A stretch of 64,000 nt of DNA from Alloascoidea hylecoeti. Its lineage: Eukaryota. This document shows positions 1-12,107 of this stretch, piece after piece. The first letter of the stretch is position 1. The number at the start of each line of letters is the position of its first letter. A program made the translations under genes and the position numbers. The notes below the pieces were generated by a model that was not told where the DNA came from, did no database searches, and saw only the letters and a list, made by a program, of their open reading frames with translations. The stretch covers positions 459,621 through 523,620 of the forward strand of contig BCKZ01000013.1 in assembly GCA_001600815.1 (NCBI GenBank). The letters run 5' to 3'.

Positions 1-810
1 ATTAGATCATCAAATTCTGTATTAAGTGCTACTAGTATAAGTATGAGCAGTTCACTTGCAGCCTCAACTTCGGGAAGTAAAAGCTACGGACAATCAAGTA
101 CCATCAGTTTGACAGCAGTTCCAAGTACAATTACGAGTTCCTATAGCTCAGGATCATATGTCACAACAGTCTCAAGCCTTGATAGTAGTTTCACATCCAA
201 TAGCGATATAACAACAATTCCTGTATCAACCATAACTGTTATAAGAAAAATCACCTCATTTATAACTATTACTTCGGAGGGTAGAACCTATATTAAAACA
301 GGCATAATGTCAATACCTGTTCCAAGTACAATTGGTGAGGTTGAATCTACTTCTACTGGTGTAGGAAGTTCGATTACAACTTATAGTTCAAAATCAGATG
401 GACCAAGAGTTGCAATCCCTGATAGCAGTATCACATCCGATGGTGATAAATCATCAGATTATGCGACAACCATAACAACTGTTATGTCCATACATAATGC
501 ACCTTCAGGATCAAGTTTGAGTAATCCAGCTAATGTCGGGCCAATGACAGGTCCAAATGGTGAATCTCCAAGAGGTGGCAGCTACAGTCCAATTGAGTCT
601 CTTTCAAATCCATCTCCGGATAACCCAAGTATTAATACTGATTCAGCTTCAAATTCTAATGAACCAAGTTCAAGTACCAGTGGATCAAACGGTTTTGGAT
701 TTCCTCCTAGAATAGTTCCAGTTACATTCGATTCCTCTTCCAGTGGGATTACAGTATCTTTACTTCTGACTATTGGTATTCTTATTTCTCAATACATTAT
801 TTTTTATTAA
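1..810 (+). CDS. C-terminal part of Ser/Thr-rich, probably GPI-anchored cell-wall protein (5' truncated by window edge)
   Basis: Frame is open from base 1 (IRSSNSVLSATSIS then M43). Ser/Thr-rich low complexity, ending ...TFDSSSSGITVSLLLTIGILISQYIIFY (small residues plus hydrophobic tail, GPI-signal-like). Confidence 0.75.
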   Translation: MRSSNSVLSATSISMSSSLAASTSGSKSYGQSSTISLTAVPSTITSSYSSGSYVTTVSSLDSSFTSNSDITTIPVSTITVIRKITSFITITSEGRTYIKTGIMSIPVPSTIGEVESTSTGVGSSITTYSSKSDGPRVAIPDSSITSDGDKSSDYATTITTVMSIHNAPSGSSLSNPANVGPMTGPNGESPRGGSYSPIESLSNPSPDNPSINTDSASNSNEPSSSTSGSNGFGFPPRIVPVTFDSSSSGITVSLLLTIGILISQYIIFY

Positions 811-1550
811 AACCTAAAACTACTTGGAATTCTGATCATAAAATAATTTAAATTAATTTATTTATTAATCTTTCAATCATTTAAAGATTCTCCTTATATT
901 ATTATATTACTATTACATTCTAAGTTCTAACTCAAAGAATATTAAAGTTGTTTTAATGATGTATATATTTCATAGGTGAATATTATAAAAAAAATTCCTT
1001 CTTTAAATTTATTTTCATCTTAAGAATACAATAAATTTAAATTATAAATATAGTAATTCTATCCCATATACTTTAAGTGATCATGTGTTGTCCCTTGGGA
1101 ATATGAATGTGTAGAAATTTTGTATGTGTTGTATGTATAAATATCATAGTTTTCCGTATATATACGTATATAAGCTTAAGAAAATACAATGTTCATCTGT
1201 TTTGAATTTGGCACCATGTTGATGATTTAGACTTTAGCAATGCGCTTGACATTAATTAATTATAGTGATCCAAGTGCAATATGTAATTACACTCACCACG
1301 AAACCTTTAATATAATTAATTCAATATTCTCAAGATATAATGATACACTTAAAGATCTGAACGATGTTAAAGTGTTTCAAATTGATCAGTTGGTGTGTCT
1401 TGTCCTGGAATATTACGTTTAGGCCTATATTTAAAGTTGTCAAATGGCTCCATATTTTATTGGAACATTACAGTTGATTAATTTTAAACATAGAGTTAAA
1501 GAACTAAAGACTAAATACTAATACAAGACTATTACAAGTATTACCAAATG

Positions 1551-1610
1551 GTCGGAATTTTAGAGTTACAATTAGAAAACGTCAGAATTTTAGAGTTACA
1601 ATTAGAAAAT
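1551..1610. repeat. 30-bp tandem duplication (2 copies)
   Basis: gtcggaattttagagttacaattagaaaac followed by gtcagaattttagagttacaattagaaaat. Confidence 0.9.
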
Positions 1611-2862
1611 GGCTTTGAAGGTTAATTTGAAAAACTTGGTATACCCACTACATACTTTATATGTGTTATAAATTTGTTTTACTATGGTTATCTTTACCAG
1701 ATGTGTCTTTCAATAAATTTCAAGAACAGTACTAAAATAGTAAATATTAGACTTTATAAAGACTAGGTAATTTATAATATTTCCTAACCTTATTTATTGG
1801 ATATATAGTTATATAATTAAATTAGAATAGTTTTTGTTATTACATAGTTTCATATATATGGGGTGATATTTATGAAGATCTTCATTTCCCTTATATATTA
1901 GCGAGTTGCCACATTATTTAGTTTTAGAAAAACACACGTTCTTTATAATATAAACTTATTACCAACTATGCCTCCGAAGCAATTCAAGGACATCGCCACT
2001 GATGAGCCCATAACCCAACATTATTTTATCTTATTATATCATCTTACGAGGCGGAATATATATTAAACAGTCCAGTGAGGCCATGCATAATAGAGGTTAG
2101 TTAGATTCATAAAGCAAGTTCAATACCAAAGACAAGACAGCTTTTAAAGGTAACGACGTCAATTAATAAGCCCGAGTTTGTATACCATAAATAATCTAGC
2201 TATTTTTAATAAAGAGGTGGTCAATCATTATTCACCAACATGGCTAAACATTAGTGCATTGAATGGAAGAATACTAATATTGTATTTCCGTCTTCGGATT
2301 CATTTTTTATTTCCTTGGTTTATGTTTTATCAAGCCAGACATTTCGTATCATCTGGCTCAAATTAAGTTGAATAACTGCATAATTTCACCTAAAATATTT
2401 TCTGTGGCTAATTAGTGTCCTTTAATTAAACTTCATTGGGTACACATGTAATCTTAAGGAATCTATCACCAAGTGGTTCTAAATTACTTATAAGATCTTT
2501 TATTAGAGTTATACGCGACAGTGAACTTTACGTCAATTAATTTTAGATTTAAACTTAAAACTTTATTCAAAATACTAAATACTTTATTTTATATGTTGAC
2601 TAATATTCGGCCAAACTTAACTTTAAATTCGTGGTTGCGTTGAGAAACTGTTTTTCTGATTTACTTCTCATACAGTAATCACAAACTTAAAATGAAACCT
2701 TATACTTTATGTATGGGTCATGCAACTGCCATATATGGTATCTCTAAATCATTTGAAAAAAAATGAAGCATTTGAACCATACTTTGTTGGATATTGGCAC
2801 CTTCCTGTATATTCAAACAGTATACTATATTAAATTTAATATCACAATAATTTTAATTAAAA

Positions 2863-3555
2863 ATGTCAACGCAAGCCGTACTACCAGCTATAAAACGTTT
2901 AACCAAAGATTATAAATATATTGTGGAACATCCTTCTCCAAATTTGAGAGCTCATCCTACAAATGATAATATTTTCTTTTGGTATTTTGTATTCATTGGT
3001 CCCCCGGATACACCCTACGCCAATGGTCAATATTTTGGAAATATCCGTTTTCCAAGAAATTATCCACATAGTCTTCCAGAAGTTTTCATCCATACACCAA
3101 ATGGACGATTCAAAACGAGTAGGAGCATTTGTTTACGGTTTGCTGATACTCAATATTGGAGTTTAAATATAAGTGTTAACGCTGTGTTATTAGGTATTGT
3201 TACATTTATGTGTACGACCGATGCTAGGACCACAGGTTCGGTGAGTACCAGTTCAGAAACAAGAATTAAATTGGCAAAGGATTCAAAACGGACAAACTGT
3301 GAAAATATCAAACGTTTTAAAACTGAATTTCCCGAATTATATAAACGGAATATGAAAGAATTGGGAAATGATATAGAACCTAAAAAGGAATTACCATTGA
3401 GTGTAACAGACAATAATAATAGTAAGGCTAACCAGACAGTTACGAAAGATGCACAACCGAAGGAGAAACGTGGTATATCAAGATTGTTTTCAAAATTCAG
3501 CTTAAGGAAAAAAAATAATCTTCAAAATTTGACCATAGTGAATACAGCTACATAG
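2863..3555 (+). CDS. UBC6/UBE2J2-family ubiquitin-conjugating enzyme paralogue A, no TM anchor
   Basis: KRLTKDYK, GPPDTPYANGQYFG, TPNGRF, catalytic Cys in SICL, TTGS, RFKTEFPE match yeast Ubc6. C-terminus is basic, not hydrophobic. Confidence 0.9.
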   Translation: MSTQAVLPAIKRLTKDYKYIVEHPSPNLRAHPTNDNIFFWYFVFIGPPDTPYANGQYFGNIRFPRNYPHSLPEVFIHTPNGRFKTSRSICLRFADTQYWSLNISVNAVLLGIVTFMCTTDARTTGSVSTSSETRIKLAKDSKRTNCENIKRFKTEFPELYKRNMKELGNDIEPKKELPLSVTDNNNSKANQTVTKDAQPKEKRGISRLFSKFSLRKKNNLQNLTIVNTAT

Positions 3556-4053
3556 TGGTCTATACTAATTAATGTACTCTCTATATGGATTTGTTCAGGT
3601 ATATCTCATTCAATCAAACAAATAAATATTATCTTCTATTTAAAAATAGTTATTGCAAAACAGTTAACATAATTGCAGCAAGATTGCTGTTATTAATTAT
3701 GTTAAATATTTATCCCCACAAATTCCAATTGTGAAATATGCATCAAATCATGGATGACAACTAAATGTCATAAAGTTGATCAAATAAAAATTAGCAATTG
3801 CAACATTATTTTTCCAATTGGTATGCTATTATTATTATTCTATTAATATTAATATTACTGTATTATAATAGAGTAAAGAGAGTATTGACATTTGTTGGGC
3901 AAAAAGGAGGCAGTTTTTATAATTATTAGCTACCTTATCGGTTTAGCGCTATAGGCGCGAAATGCGCATGCTGTTATCGATATTATGCATATGCGCATAT
4001 ATAATAGTAGTGTTCGTATATCGATGATGATGTGTAGCTATATATAGATTTAC

Positions 4054-4126
4054 ATAACTATAAACTTATAGCTATAATTATAAAATAATAACTATAAACT
4101 TATAGCTATAATTATACAATAATAAC
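4054..4126. repeat. 34-bp tandem duplication
   Basis: ataactataaacttatagctataattata(a/c)aata repeated at 4054 and 4088. Confidence 0.9.
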
Positions 4127-4308
4127 ATCATAACTGAAAATTAAAATTTGGAGGTCCTCAAGTTTTAAGTTGCTAATTCAAAGTTTTCAAACTACATGTC
4201 CAAGGCAGTACATCCTTCCTACCCAAAAAACAACTGGTTTCAAAACTATATAAATTGGTAAGCTCCCTTCTTGTGATGAAAAGCATACCAGTCTATAAAT
4301 AATTAACA

Positions 4309-5028
4309 ATGTCAGCAAAAGCATTATTACCTGCCTTAAAACGTTTAACTAGAGACTATAAATATATTGTCGAACATCCTTCTACTAACTTGAGAGCTCA
4401 TCCCACAAATGATAACATTTTCTTCTGGTATTTTGTATTCATTGGACCTCCGGATACACCTTATGCCAATGGTCAGTATTTTGGAAGTATCCGTTTTCCC
4501 AATGATTATCCAAATAGCCTTCCAAAAGTTTTCTTTTATACACCAAATGGGCGATTTGAGACAAATACGGAGATTTGTTTCCAGTTTGCCAACACAAAAT
4601 ACTGGGATTCAGACTTAAGTGTTAATGCTGTATTATTAGGTATTGTTACTTTTATGTGCACATCAGACGAAATCACCGCTGGCTGGATGGAAACCAATTC
4701 ACAGGTTCGAAGAGATTTTGCGAAAGAATCAAAAAGGACAAATTGTGAACAGATCAATTTATTTAAAAAAGAGTTTCCTGAATTATATGAACGGAATATG
4801 AAAGAATTGACAAGTAATGTAGAACTTGAAGAGGAATTGCCATTGACTAGAGATGTGACTACGGACACCGGCCCAGAAATTTCTAATGATCATGATAATC
4901 TTGGAAAGACTAATGCAGATAAAACTAACATTAATGCTGGAAATACCAACGAAATAAATGTTAATGTTAAAGAGAAGAAAAAACATAGACTTTCAAATTT
5001 CGTATCAAAACTTAGGAAGAAGAAATAA
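4309..5028 (+). CDS. UBC6-family E2 paralogue B, no TM anchor
   Basis: Same UBC core as copy A (TPNGRFETNTEICF). Ends KKKHRLSNFVSKLRKKK. Confidence 0.9.
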   Translation: MSAKALLPALKRLTRDYKYIVEHPSTNLRAHPTNDNIFFWYFVFIGPPDTPYANGQYFGSIRFPNDYPNSLPKVFFYTPNGRFETNTEICFQFANTKYWDSDLSVNAVLLGIVTFMCTSDEITAGWMETNSQVRRDFAKESKRTNCEQINLFKKEFPELYERNMKELTSNVELEEELPLTRDVTTDTGPEISNDHDNLGKTNADKTNINAGNTNEINVNVKEKKKHRLSNFVSKLRKKK

Positions 5029-5574
5029 CAAACGAGTGGTCTTTATTTACCTATAATTATCTAGATTAAATTATTTTTGTAGTACTATAGATCATTCGGA
5101 TAGTCATAATTAGTGATCTATACCCTTAATCTTCTCTCAGTTATAATATAGTGGTTCGTTGGTAGATTGAAAAATTATAAAAAATAGTAAACGTATAGGC
5201 TATAATAGAGAGTTAACTGACTTTTTTAAAAAAACCAAGCCTAAGACTTAATCCTCGAAACTAGAACCGAAAAGTTTACTTCAAAATCGGATCATTCGAA
5301 AATTTGAGGAAGATTACTTGTTCACAAAACTTGCTACTTATTCTTATTGCAGTTGGTGGAACAAATCACGTTTTGGAGAAATTTCCTTATACCATAATTG
5401 AAAATTAAAATTTGGAAATTCTCAAGCCTTAATTCAATTACTAGATCATGACACAGCATATCCAAGCTCTAAGGCTTCCTTCCTACTTGTTCAAAACTAT
5501 ACAAATTGGTAATCCCCCTTCTTGTACCGGTACACAATTATATATAAAAGTATAGACATCTATAAATAAAAACA

Positions 5575-5695
5575 GTAACATTTGCTATAAAACGTTTAAC
5601 CAAAGATTATATATATATTGTGGAACATCTTTCTCCGAATTTGAGAGCTCTTACACAAATGATACCATTGTCTTATGGTGTTTTGTCTTCATTGA
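5575..5695 (+). pseudogene. UBC6-like 5' fragment (copy C)
   Basis: gctataaaacgtttaaccaaagattat...gtggaacat...aatttgagagctc is near-identical to the start of copy A. No ATG; truncated after about 40 codons. Confidence 0.85.
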
Positions 5696-5996
5696 CAACT
5701 AGCGATAGGTTATATCCAAAACTTATATCCTGAGGCCGTTTGCTCTTTATAAACCCCCTTTAAATGAACTTTAGATGTTGAAATACAATTCAGTGTGTGG
5801 TTTCGAATTGGCAATATCGATGATAACAAACTTAAAGCGAAACCTTATAATCATATGCAAATTTCATGCACTCGCCATTTATGGTATCTCTAAATAACTT
5901 GTTTAAAAATCAATTGAAAAATTTAAATCATTTTCCCTTAAATTCAAACATATTGAAAATATATTAAATTTAACAAAGTAAATATTTTAATTAAGT

Positions 5997-6601
5997 ATGC
6001 CAACGGTTGATACTTTAAGTCGTTTAACAAGAGATTATAAATATATTGTCGAACATCCTTCTCCAAATTTGAGCTCATCCAAAAAATGATGATATACTCT
6101 TATGGTATTTTGTGTTCATTTGTCCTCCGGACACACCTTATACCAATGGTCAATATATTTTGGAAGTATCAGTTTCCCCGATGATTATCCAAGCAGTGTT
6201 CCAAAAGTTTACTTTTATACACCAAATGGCGATTCAAGATAAATGCATGGGTTTGCTTCCGGTTTAATGCTGTGTTATTAGGTATTGTTACATTTATGTG
6301 TACTTCAAGTGATATTACGGCTGGTTGGATAACTACTAGCTCAAAAACAAAAAATTCAAAAAGGACAAATTGTGAAAAGATCAAACTATTTAAAACCGAA
6401 TTTCCTGAATTATATGAACGGAATATGTTAGAATTGAAAAATGAAGTCAAATTTAAAAAGGAATTACCATTGAATGAAACACGCAATGATGATATTAATG
6501 CTAACAAGATTAAGACGGTAAAGAAAAATTTACAGAAGAAGAAACGAGGAATATCAAAATTTTTCCCAAGAATCTCCATATTTATAAGGAAGATGAAATA
6601 G
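5997..6601 (+). pseudogene. UBC6-like pseudogene (copy D)
   Basis: ATG 5997. Homologous to copies A/B throughout, with small indels (about 6070 and 6155) and a deletion just after the Cys codon. The 3' part is open (ORF 6272..6601). Confidence 0.88.
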
Positions 6602-7552
6602 CTTTTAAATTTTGATTAATAATTATAGCTATAGCTTATATTCATGTGTATTGTCTTATGAGAATTACAAAGAATATAGTTATATTTATATTAAAGGGTT
6701 TTGTATACCATTCGAATACGTACTCATAATTATATTAGCTATAAATTTATAGGGTGACTAGGTTTAAAGAAAGACACCATCTGAACCATCCAATCAAAAC
6801 TTTCACCATGATCATCAATCAATTTTGTATATATTTCCTACTTAACACTATAAATCTTATTTAATACTCCCAATGTGTTCTGTATCCACCGACTTATCTT
6901 GAACAACACAGGATAAATTAAAGGGGGTGTAAATAGTGGCAGCAAAGCCGGCCATGATGTTTTCAGATATCATACTCAGGCCTACCTTATCCGTGTATTC
7001 TTATCAAGAAAATTGTAAATAGATTTTGATTTCATGTATTGCCAATATATATTTTTTGGTTTGGGCGGCCTTAATTTTGTTCTGGTAGTGGGGCGCGTCG
7101 CAGGACCGCTGCGCATTTGCGGTCAATCACTTAATTCGCCACATAGTAAAACGATTCCATATTTATCTTTATTTTTATTCTATTACAATAAACTAGTGAA
7201 TCAGTAAATTATCCTCCTCTAACTTTGTAAGAAATCTGTATTACCCGTTTAACTCTGCCAAAGAGTCCCCTCTTTCCCTAGAAAATGTACCCCGTTCTCT
7301 CTCATGATCGTTGCACTCAATTAAAGTGTAACTTGATCAAAACATTTAGCAATTCTGGTCTCTTAGTTCCTTGGTTCATGATGCCTTAAGTTTCTTTACC
7401 TTACCATTTTCAGGGGTGGTGAAGTAATGAATGGGGCTTACAGTTTTAGGTGATGCGTCTAAAGACTCTAAACGCCCACACCTGTTCTATACAGTGTAGC
7501 CTACAAGCAATATATTATAATAGACTTAACATCCTTATTATTTTAAATAAGT

Positions 7553-8145
7553 ATGTCAACAGCAGACATATCGTTTAACATCCTTCTTCTAATTTGAGAG
7601 CTCATCCTACAAATATATGTTAATGATGTTATTTTCTTCTGGTAGTTTTAAATTCATTGATCCCCCAGATTATACGTTTTCCCAAAGATCATCAAAACAG
7701 TCTTCCAAAAGTTTTCTTTTATAGACTAAATAGAAGGTTGGAAACAGATAAATAGGCTTTTTTCCGGTTTATAGATAGTGAGTATTAGAATCCGGATTTA
7801 AGCGTTAATACCGTTTTATTAGTGTTGTTACTTCTAAGTATCCGATAAAGTTACCACCGGCTGGCTATGGAACTGATTCACAAACTCGAATGAAGCCTGC
7901 GAAGGGATCAAAAAGGGAAAATTGTGAAAATATCAAACTATTTAATACAGAGTTTCCTAAACTATGAACGGAATATAAAAGAATTAAAAAAATACTGTGG
8001 AAATTTGAAGAGGAATTATCATAATATTGATCGCGAAGTGAAAAATTATACCGCTGTTATTAAAAATAATGATAAAGACACGGTTAAGAGAGCCGTAAAA
8101 ACGAAAGGTGGAATGTCAAAACTAGAGAAGCATAAATCGAAGTAA
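7553..8145 (+). pseudogene. UBC6-like pseudogene (copy E)
   Basis: catccttcttctaatttgagagctcatcctacaaat, cgttttcccaaagat, ccaaaagttttcttttat and aattgtgaaaatatcaaac match A/B. Has stops and deletions; no Cys codon recognisable. Confidence 0.85.
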
Positions 8146-8720
8146 TTTTTTTGACCGTTTCAGTACCTGTAAATATTAATTTTGGTGATGATGATGAGAT
8201 CGAAAGGAATTGACAGATAAGTTAGAATTATTAGTCAAATGATTTAAATTGTAACATTTAAAAATGGCATCTAATATCTATTAAATAACGGAAATGTAAG
8301 GTTGTTAAAAAAAAGTTTTGGAGTATAGTTGGCTAGGTTAATGATTTTTCCCTCCAACTCAACGTTATACAAAATTGTTGAAGAAAAAAAAAAATTGCAA
8401 CTAATTAACAATCAACTGGCCAATATATATACAATGTTTATTCATTTGTCCAGCTCAACTATCTAGTTAAGATATAGGACAGCACATTTGTACAATAGCC
8501 ACACAATGGTCAAGTCAATATCTACTGGGTGAATGTATTCTTTCATCCACTAAATAACTTTAACATGCATAACAATTCAATATTATCTTCATGACCAATT
8601 CATTCTTTAGATCTGTTAAATTAATAAATTCAAATTTATATAAACTCTTAAAATTGAAAGTTTCCCCCCCCTTTAAATTTTATCTTCGTAAAAAAGATTA
8701 ATTTTAACTTCAAATATATT

Positions 8721-9626
8721 ATGAGTACTATTGACACAATTTTATCAAAAGATTATAAATATACATATAAACTTCAAACTCCAGGTATAATATCATCTGA
8801 TTTTCAAGCACATCCAACATATATTGAAAACAACATTTTTAAATGGTACTTTGTTATTTTTGGTCCAACAGATACAATTTACTCTCAAGGTCAATATTTT
8901 GGCAAAATTATATTCCCAGATTATGATAATTCAGAACAATGTGATTGTAATCCAATTATAATGATGTTTACACCAAATGGTAGAATCGATAGAGTATGTT
9001 GGGATATATGGGATGTTAAAGGGAAATTTTGGGAACCTAAACTAGGTATTCAATTTTTAATAAAAGGTTTAATGGATTTTATGATGTTTACCGAAAGAAA
9101 TGATCCAGATTGGGAAGTTTCAGATGATGATATTAAAACATTAGCTAAAGATTCAAAACGTGCCAATATTACAATGTTAGAATTTGAACAAGAATTTCCT
9201 GAATTATTTGAACAAAATAGAGAGGAAATACGGTTGAATGATGGTATTGATGGAATGTTACCTTTGGCTGATAATCAACATATAATTAGGGTTTTAGAAG
9301 GTCGAGATAAAAAATATAAGAAGATAATTAGGAGGTTAACTTTTGGAAATTCGAATGATATCAATATCAGAAATCAGAAATTTAGGTCTAATAAGAAAAT
9401 AAGTTTAAGAGGTCGGTTACATAATATTGTTTCAAAATTAAGAAAAGCAAATGCAAAGTTTTCAATGAAATCATATGAGTGTTCAAGATCAAGCTCAATA
9501 GCAGGAGATACTAATCGTACTGATTCCGTTGATACAATGGTGGTTCCAGAAAGTGATCATATTAACGTTAAAGACCATAAAGATAAAGGAAAAACATATA
9601 AATTTAAGAAGTTGTTGCTATTGTAA
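8721..9626 (+). CDS. Highly diverged UBC6-family E2 paralogue F
   Basis: NNIFKWYFVIFGPTDTIYSQGQYFG, FTPNGRIDRVCWD (Cys kept), LAKDSKR, FEQEFPEL; long basic C-terminal tail. Confidence 0.8.
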   Translation: MSTIDTILSKDYKYTYKLQTPGIISSDFQAHPTYIENNIFKWYFVIFGPTDTIYSQGQYFGKIIFPDYDNSEQCDCNPIIMMFTPNGRIDRVCWDIWDVKGKFWEPKLGIQFLIKGLMDFMMFTERNDPDWEVSDDDIKTLAKDSKRANITMLEFEQEFPELFEQNREEIRLNDGIDGMLPLADNQHIIRVLEGRDKKYKKIIRRLTFGNSNDINIRNQKFRSNKKISLRGRLHNIVSKLRKANAKFSMKSYECSRSSSIAGDTNRTDSVDTMVVPESDHINVKDHKDKGKTYKFKKLLLL

Positions 9627-10099
9627 CAGAGGGAAACAATGGTATGATATTTATTACTATGACAAGGCTTGATTAGATGAAATTGGTGTACATAATTAAT
9701 GAAGATCGAAGTCTAGCTTTTTTATTTTTTATTAAGGGTATAGGTAGTAGTATTAAATACATCTAAGAATGAGACTGGTGAGTAAGACTAAAGCATCCCG
9801 TGTGAGTAGTAGTCATTCGCTCGTCCATAGAGACACAATTCGCAGTATATATATGCACCACAGCATTACGTCAGCCACTCAAAGATTTGTGTGGCTTGGG
9901 CAAGAAATACGCCACCTCACGTGCTATCACGAATCCCGAAGCCACTTTTACTAATGCGCCACAAAGAGGCATAGCTATGGCGAAATAAATCAGAAAATTA
10001 ACTTAATCAATATATAATAATATAATAGGATCTCTTTGCTTCTTTTTCATCCTCTTTTTGCTGGTTGTTTCTGGCAGAATTGACTGTTTTGTTACCCTG

Positions 10100-11218
10100 A
10101 TGTCTTCTCCGTCCCCCCAGTCACACCGGCCCGGCAGTTTCACCTCCTCCACAGGTCCTGCGGCTTTGTTCACTTGTCCACACTGCTTGCAAAAGTTCAC
10201 CAGACACCACAACCTCAAGTCTCATTTGCTTATACATACACACGAGAAACCGTTTCAATGCTCGACCTGTTCATCGAAGTTTAGAAGATTACACGATTTA
10301 AAAAGACATATGAAGCTGCATACAGGTGAAAAGCCACACATCTGTGACGATTGTGGAAATCGTTTTAGTAGAGCGGATGCTCTTGTTAGGCATGTTAAAG
10401 GGCCCGGAATCTGTAAAGGGTCCAAAGTTAAAACCAACAATAAAAATGATAAAAACATAAATGGGAAACGAAGTCAAAACCACGAAGAAATAGATCATGA
10501 ACTAAATAAAAGAATGTTCTTCTCAAATTATGATCAACAAAAAAGCCCCTCGCCAGGCTCTGTTTCTGGCTCTGTCGCTACTTCTGTCAATAACAGTGAA
10601 AGCACGTCATCTTCCTCATCTACGATGGAAAATAGTCCTTCTCCTCCAAAAAATTTAAATACCAGTTCTCAAATAATCCCCTTATTAAATCATACTTCGA
10701 ACCTCCCACCCATTGTTACATTACCTCACATAAATTCAATTCAATCGAATTATCCAATGATCAATGCCAATTCTTTTAGATCTTCTCTGACAAATATTCT
10801 AAATCCTGCCCCAGCCACCACCACTACTACTTCTAGTACAGCCACCGTCTCCACTGCAGATCAAAATACTAGAACAGTACCCGCTCCACTATACACAGAT
10901 CTAATGAAAGCTCATTCCAACTACTTACAACCATCTTCACAACTAGCATCTCCTTCCAATCCCCCAATAAATCATCATCAACAATTATTGCCTCCTATCT
11001 CAAACCACGTGCAACCACCTAACCAGCACCCTACATTACCTAATACATTCACAAACACAAATTCAAATGTAAATATCAATAACACAAATACAATTGATTT
11101 ATTACCACTTGTTTCAATCTTGGAAAATAGAATCTTAGGACTTGAAACAAGATTAATGGCTGCTGAAACAAGAGTGGAATATTTAACTGATGAACTAGTT
11201 AAACAAAATCAAAAATGA
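10100..11218 (+). CDS. C2H2 zinc-finger transcription factor (3 fingers, C-terminal coiled coil)
   Basis: CPHC..H..H, CSTC..H..H, CDDC fingers with THEKPF and TGEKPH linkers. First ATG at 10100. Confidence 0.9.
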   Translation: MSSPSPQSHRPGSFTSSTGPAALFTCPHCLQKFTRHHNLKSHLLIHTHEKPFQCSTCSSKFRRLHDLKRHMKLHTGEKPHICDDCGNRFSRADALVRHVKGPGICKGSKVKTNNKNDKNINGKRSQNHEEIDHELNKRMFFSNYDQQKSPSPGSVSGSVATSVNNSESTSSSSSTMENSPSPPKNLNTSSQIIPLLNHTSNLPPIVTLPHINSIQSNYPMINANSFRSSLTNILNPAPATTTTTSSTATVSTADQNTRTVPAPLYTDLMKAHSNYLQPSSQLASPSNPPINHHQQLLPPISNHVQPPNQHPTLPNTFTNTNSNVNINNTNTIDLLPLVSILENRILGLETRLMAAETRVEYLTDELVKQNQK

Positions 11219-11238
11219 TAACTCACATTCAACAAATT

Positions 11239-11269
<31 letters not shown>

Positions 11270-12107
11270 ATAAAATAGTTTAGCTTTTGACGTGTTTTTT
11301 TTTGTAACTTATTGTTTAACATTGATATTAGTATTTGTGGTCATTTAATTTTTTTTTAAAATTTTTTTTCTGTTATTTTTAAAATTTTTGTTTAATTATA
11401 GTGTAAAACTTACTTTGATATGATTTGTGAATTAATATTCCTTGGTTTAAATTTTATAATAACTAATAGTATTATTATTAGTTATCAAGAAGTTTCTTAA
11501 GCTGGAACTTTATGGACATAAAATGATTATAGTCACCAATGATCCATGATCCGGAGGAGGCTGATACAAAGTGGGTGGTTGGTACACATTGCTACACAAC
11601 AAGAAGCTACAATTAAGGGCATCCTTCAAAACTATGTTCATACCAAATCATAAGTATATATTTACAACACTTAAAATTAGAGATTTCTAGCGTTGTATTT
11701 ATATTTCATGATCTCTTCAAATGGATCATCATCGACTTTTGTTGCATTGTGACAGAAGTGACAACCTTAAATGTATAGTAATCTAACGAGCCACTAAAGC
11801 CAAATAACCCCAACATTCTTTATCCACACGTAGTATTAATTTTTCATTCATGCAATTGGAACGTGGCAATTGTCTCGTCCATGGACAGCGCTAGCTGTAG
11901 TGTAAAATTTCTTTTTTATTTATTATAAACCTTTTTTGGCATCTCCAAAAACTGACTTGAATATTTTTTGTAATATTTGTAAGAATATAATTCATTAAGG
12001 CGACTGAACTCTAACGGGTATGAATATTCAGAACTCATAAAATTGAAGGCCATAAAAATAGAGGTAATTAAACAGTCATTTATATCATTTAATTTTGGTA
12101 ATATTCC

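Noticed and set aside
2899..4986. Antisense and alternate-frame short ORFs over the UBC genes
   Set aside because: They are shadows of the real CDSs and recur only because the genes are paralogous.
7210..7455. Possible inverted-repeat element (tcctctaactttgtaag / cttacagttttaggtga)
   Set aside because: Only about 12/17 match; not distinguishable from chance.
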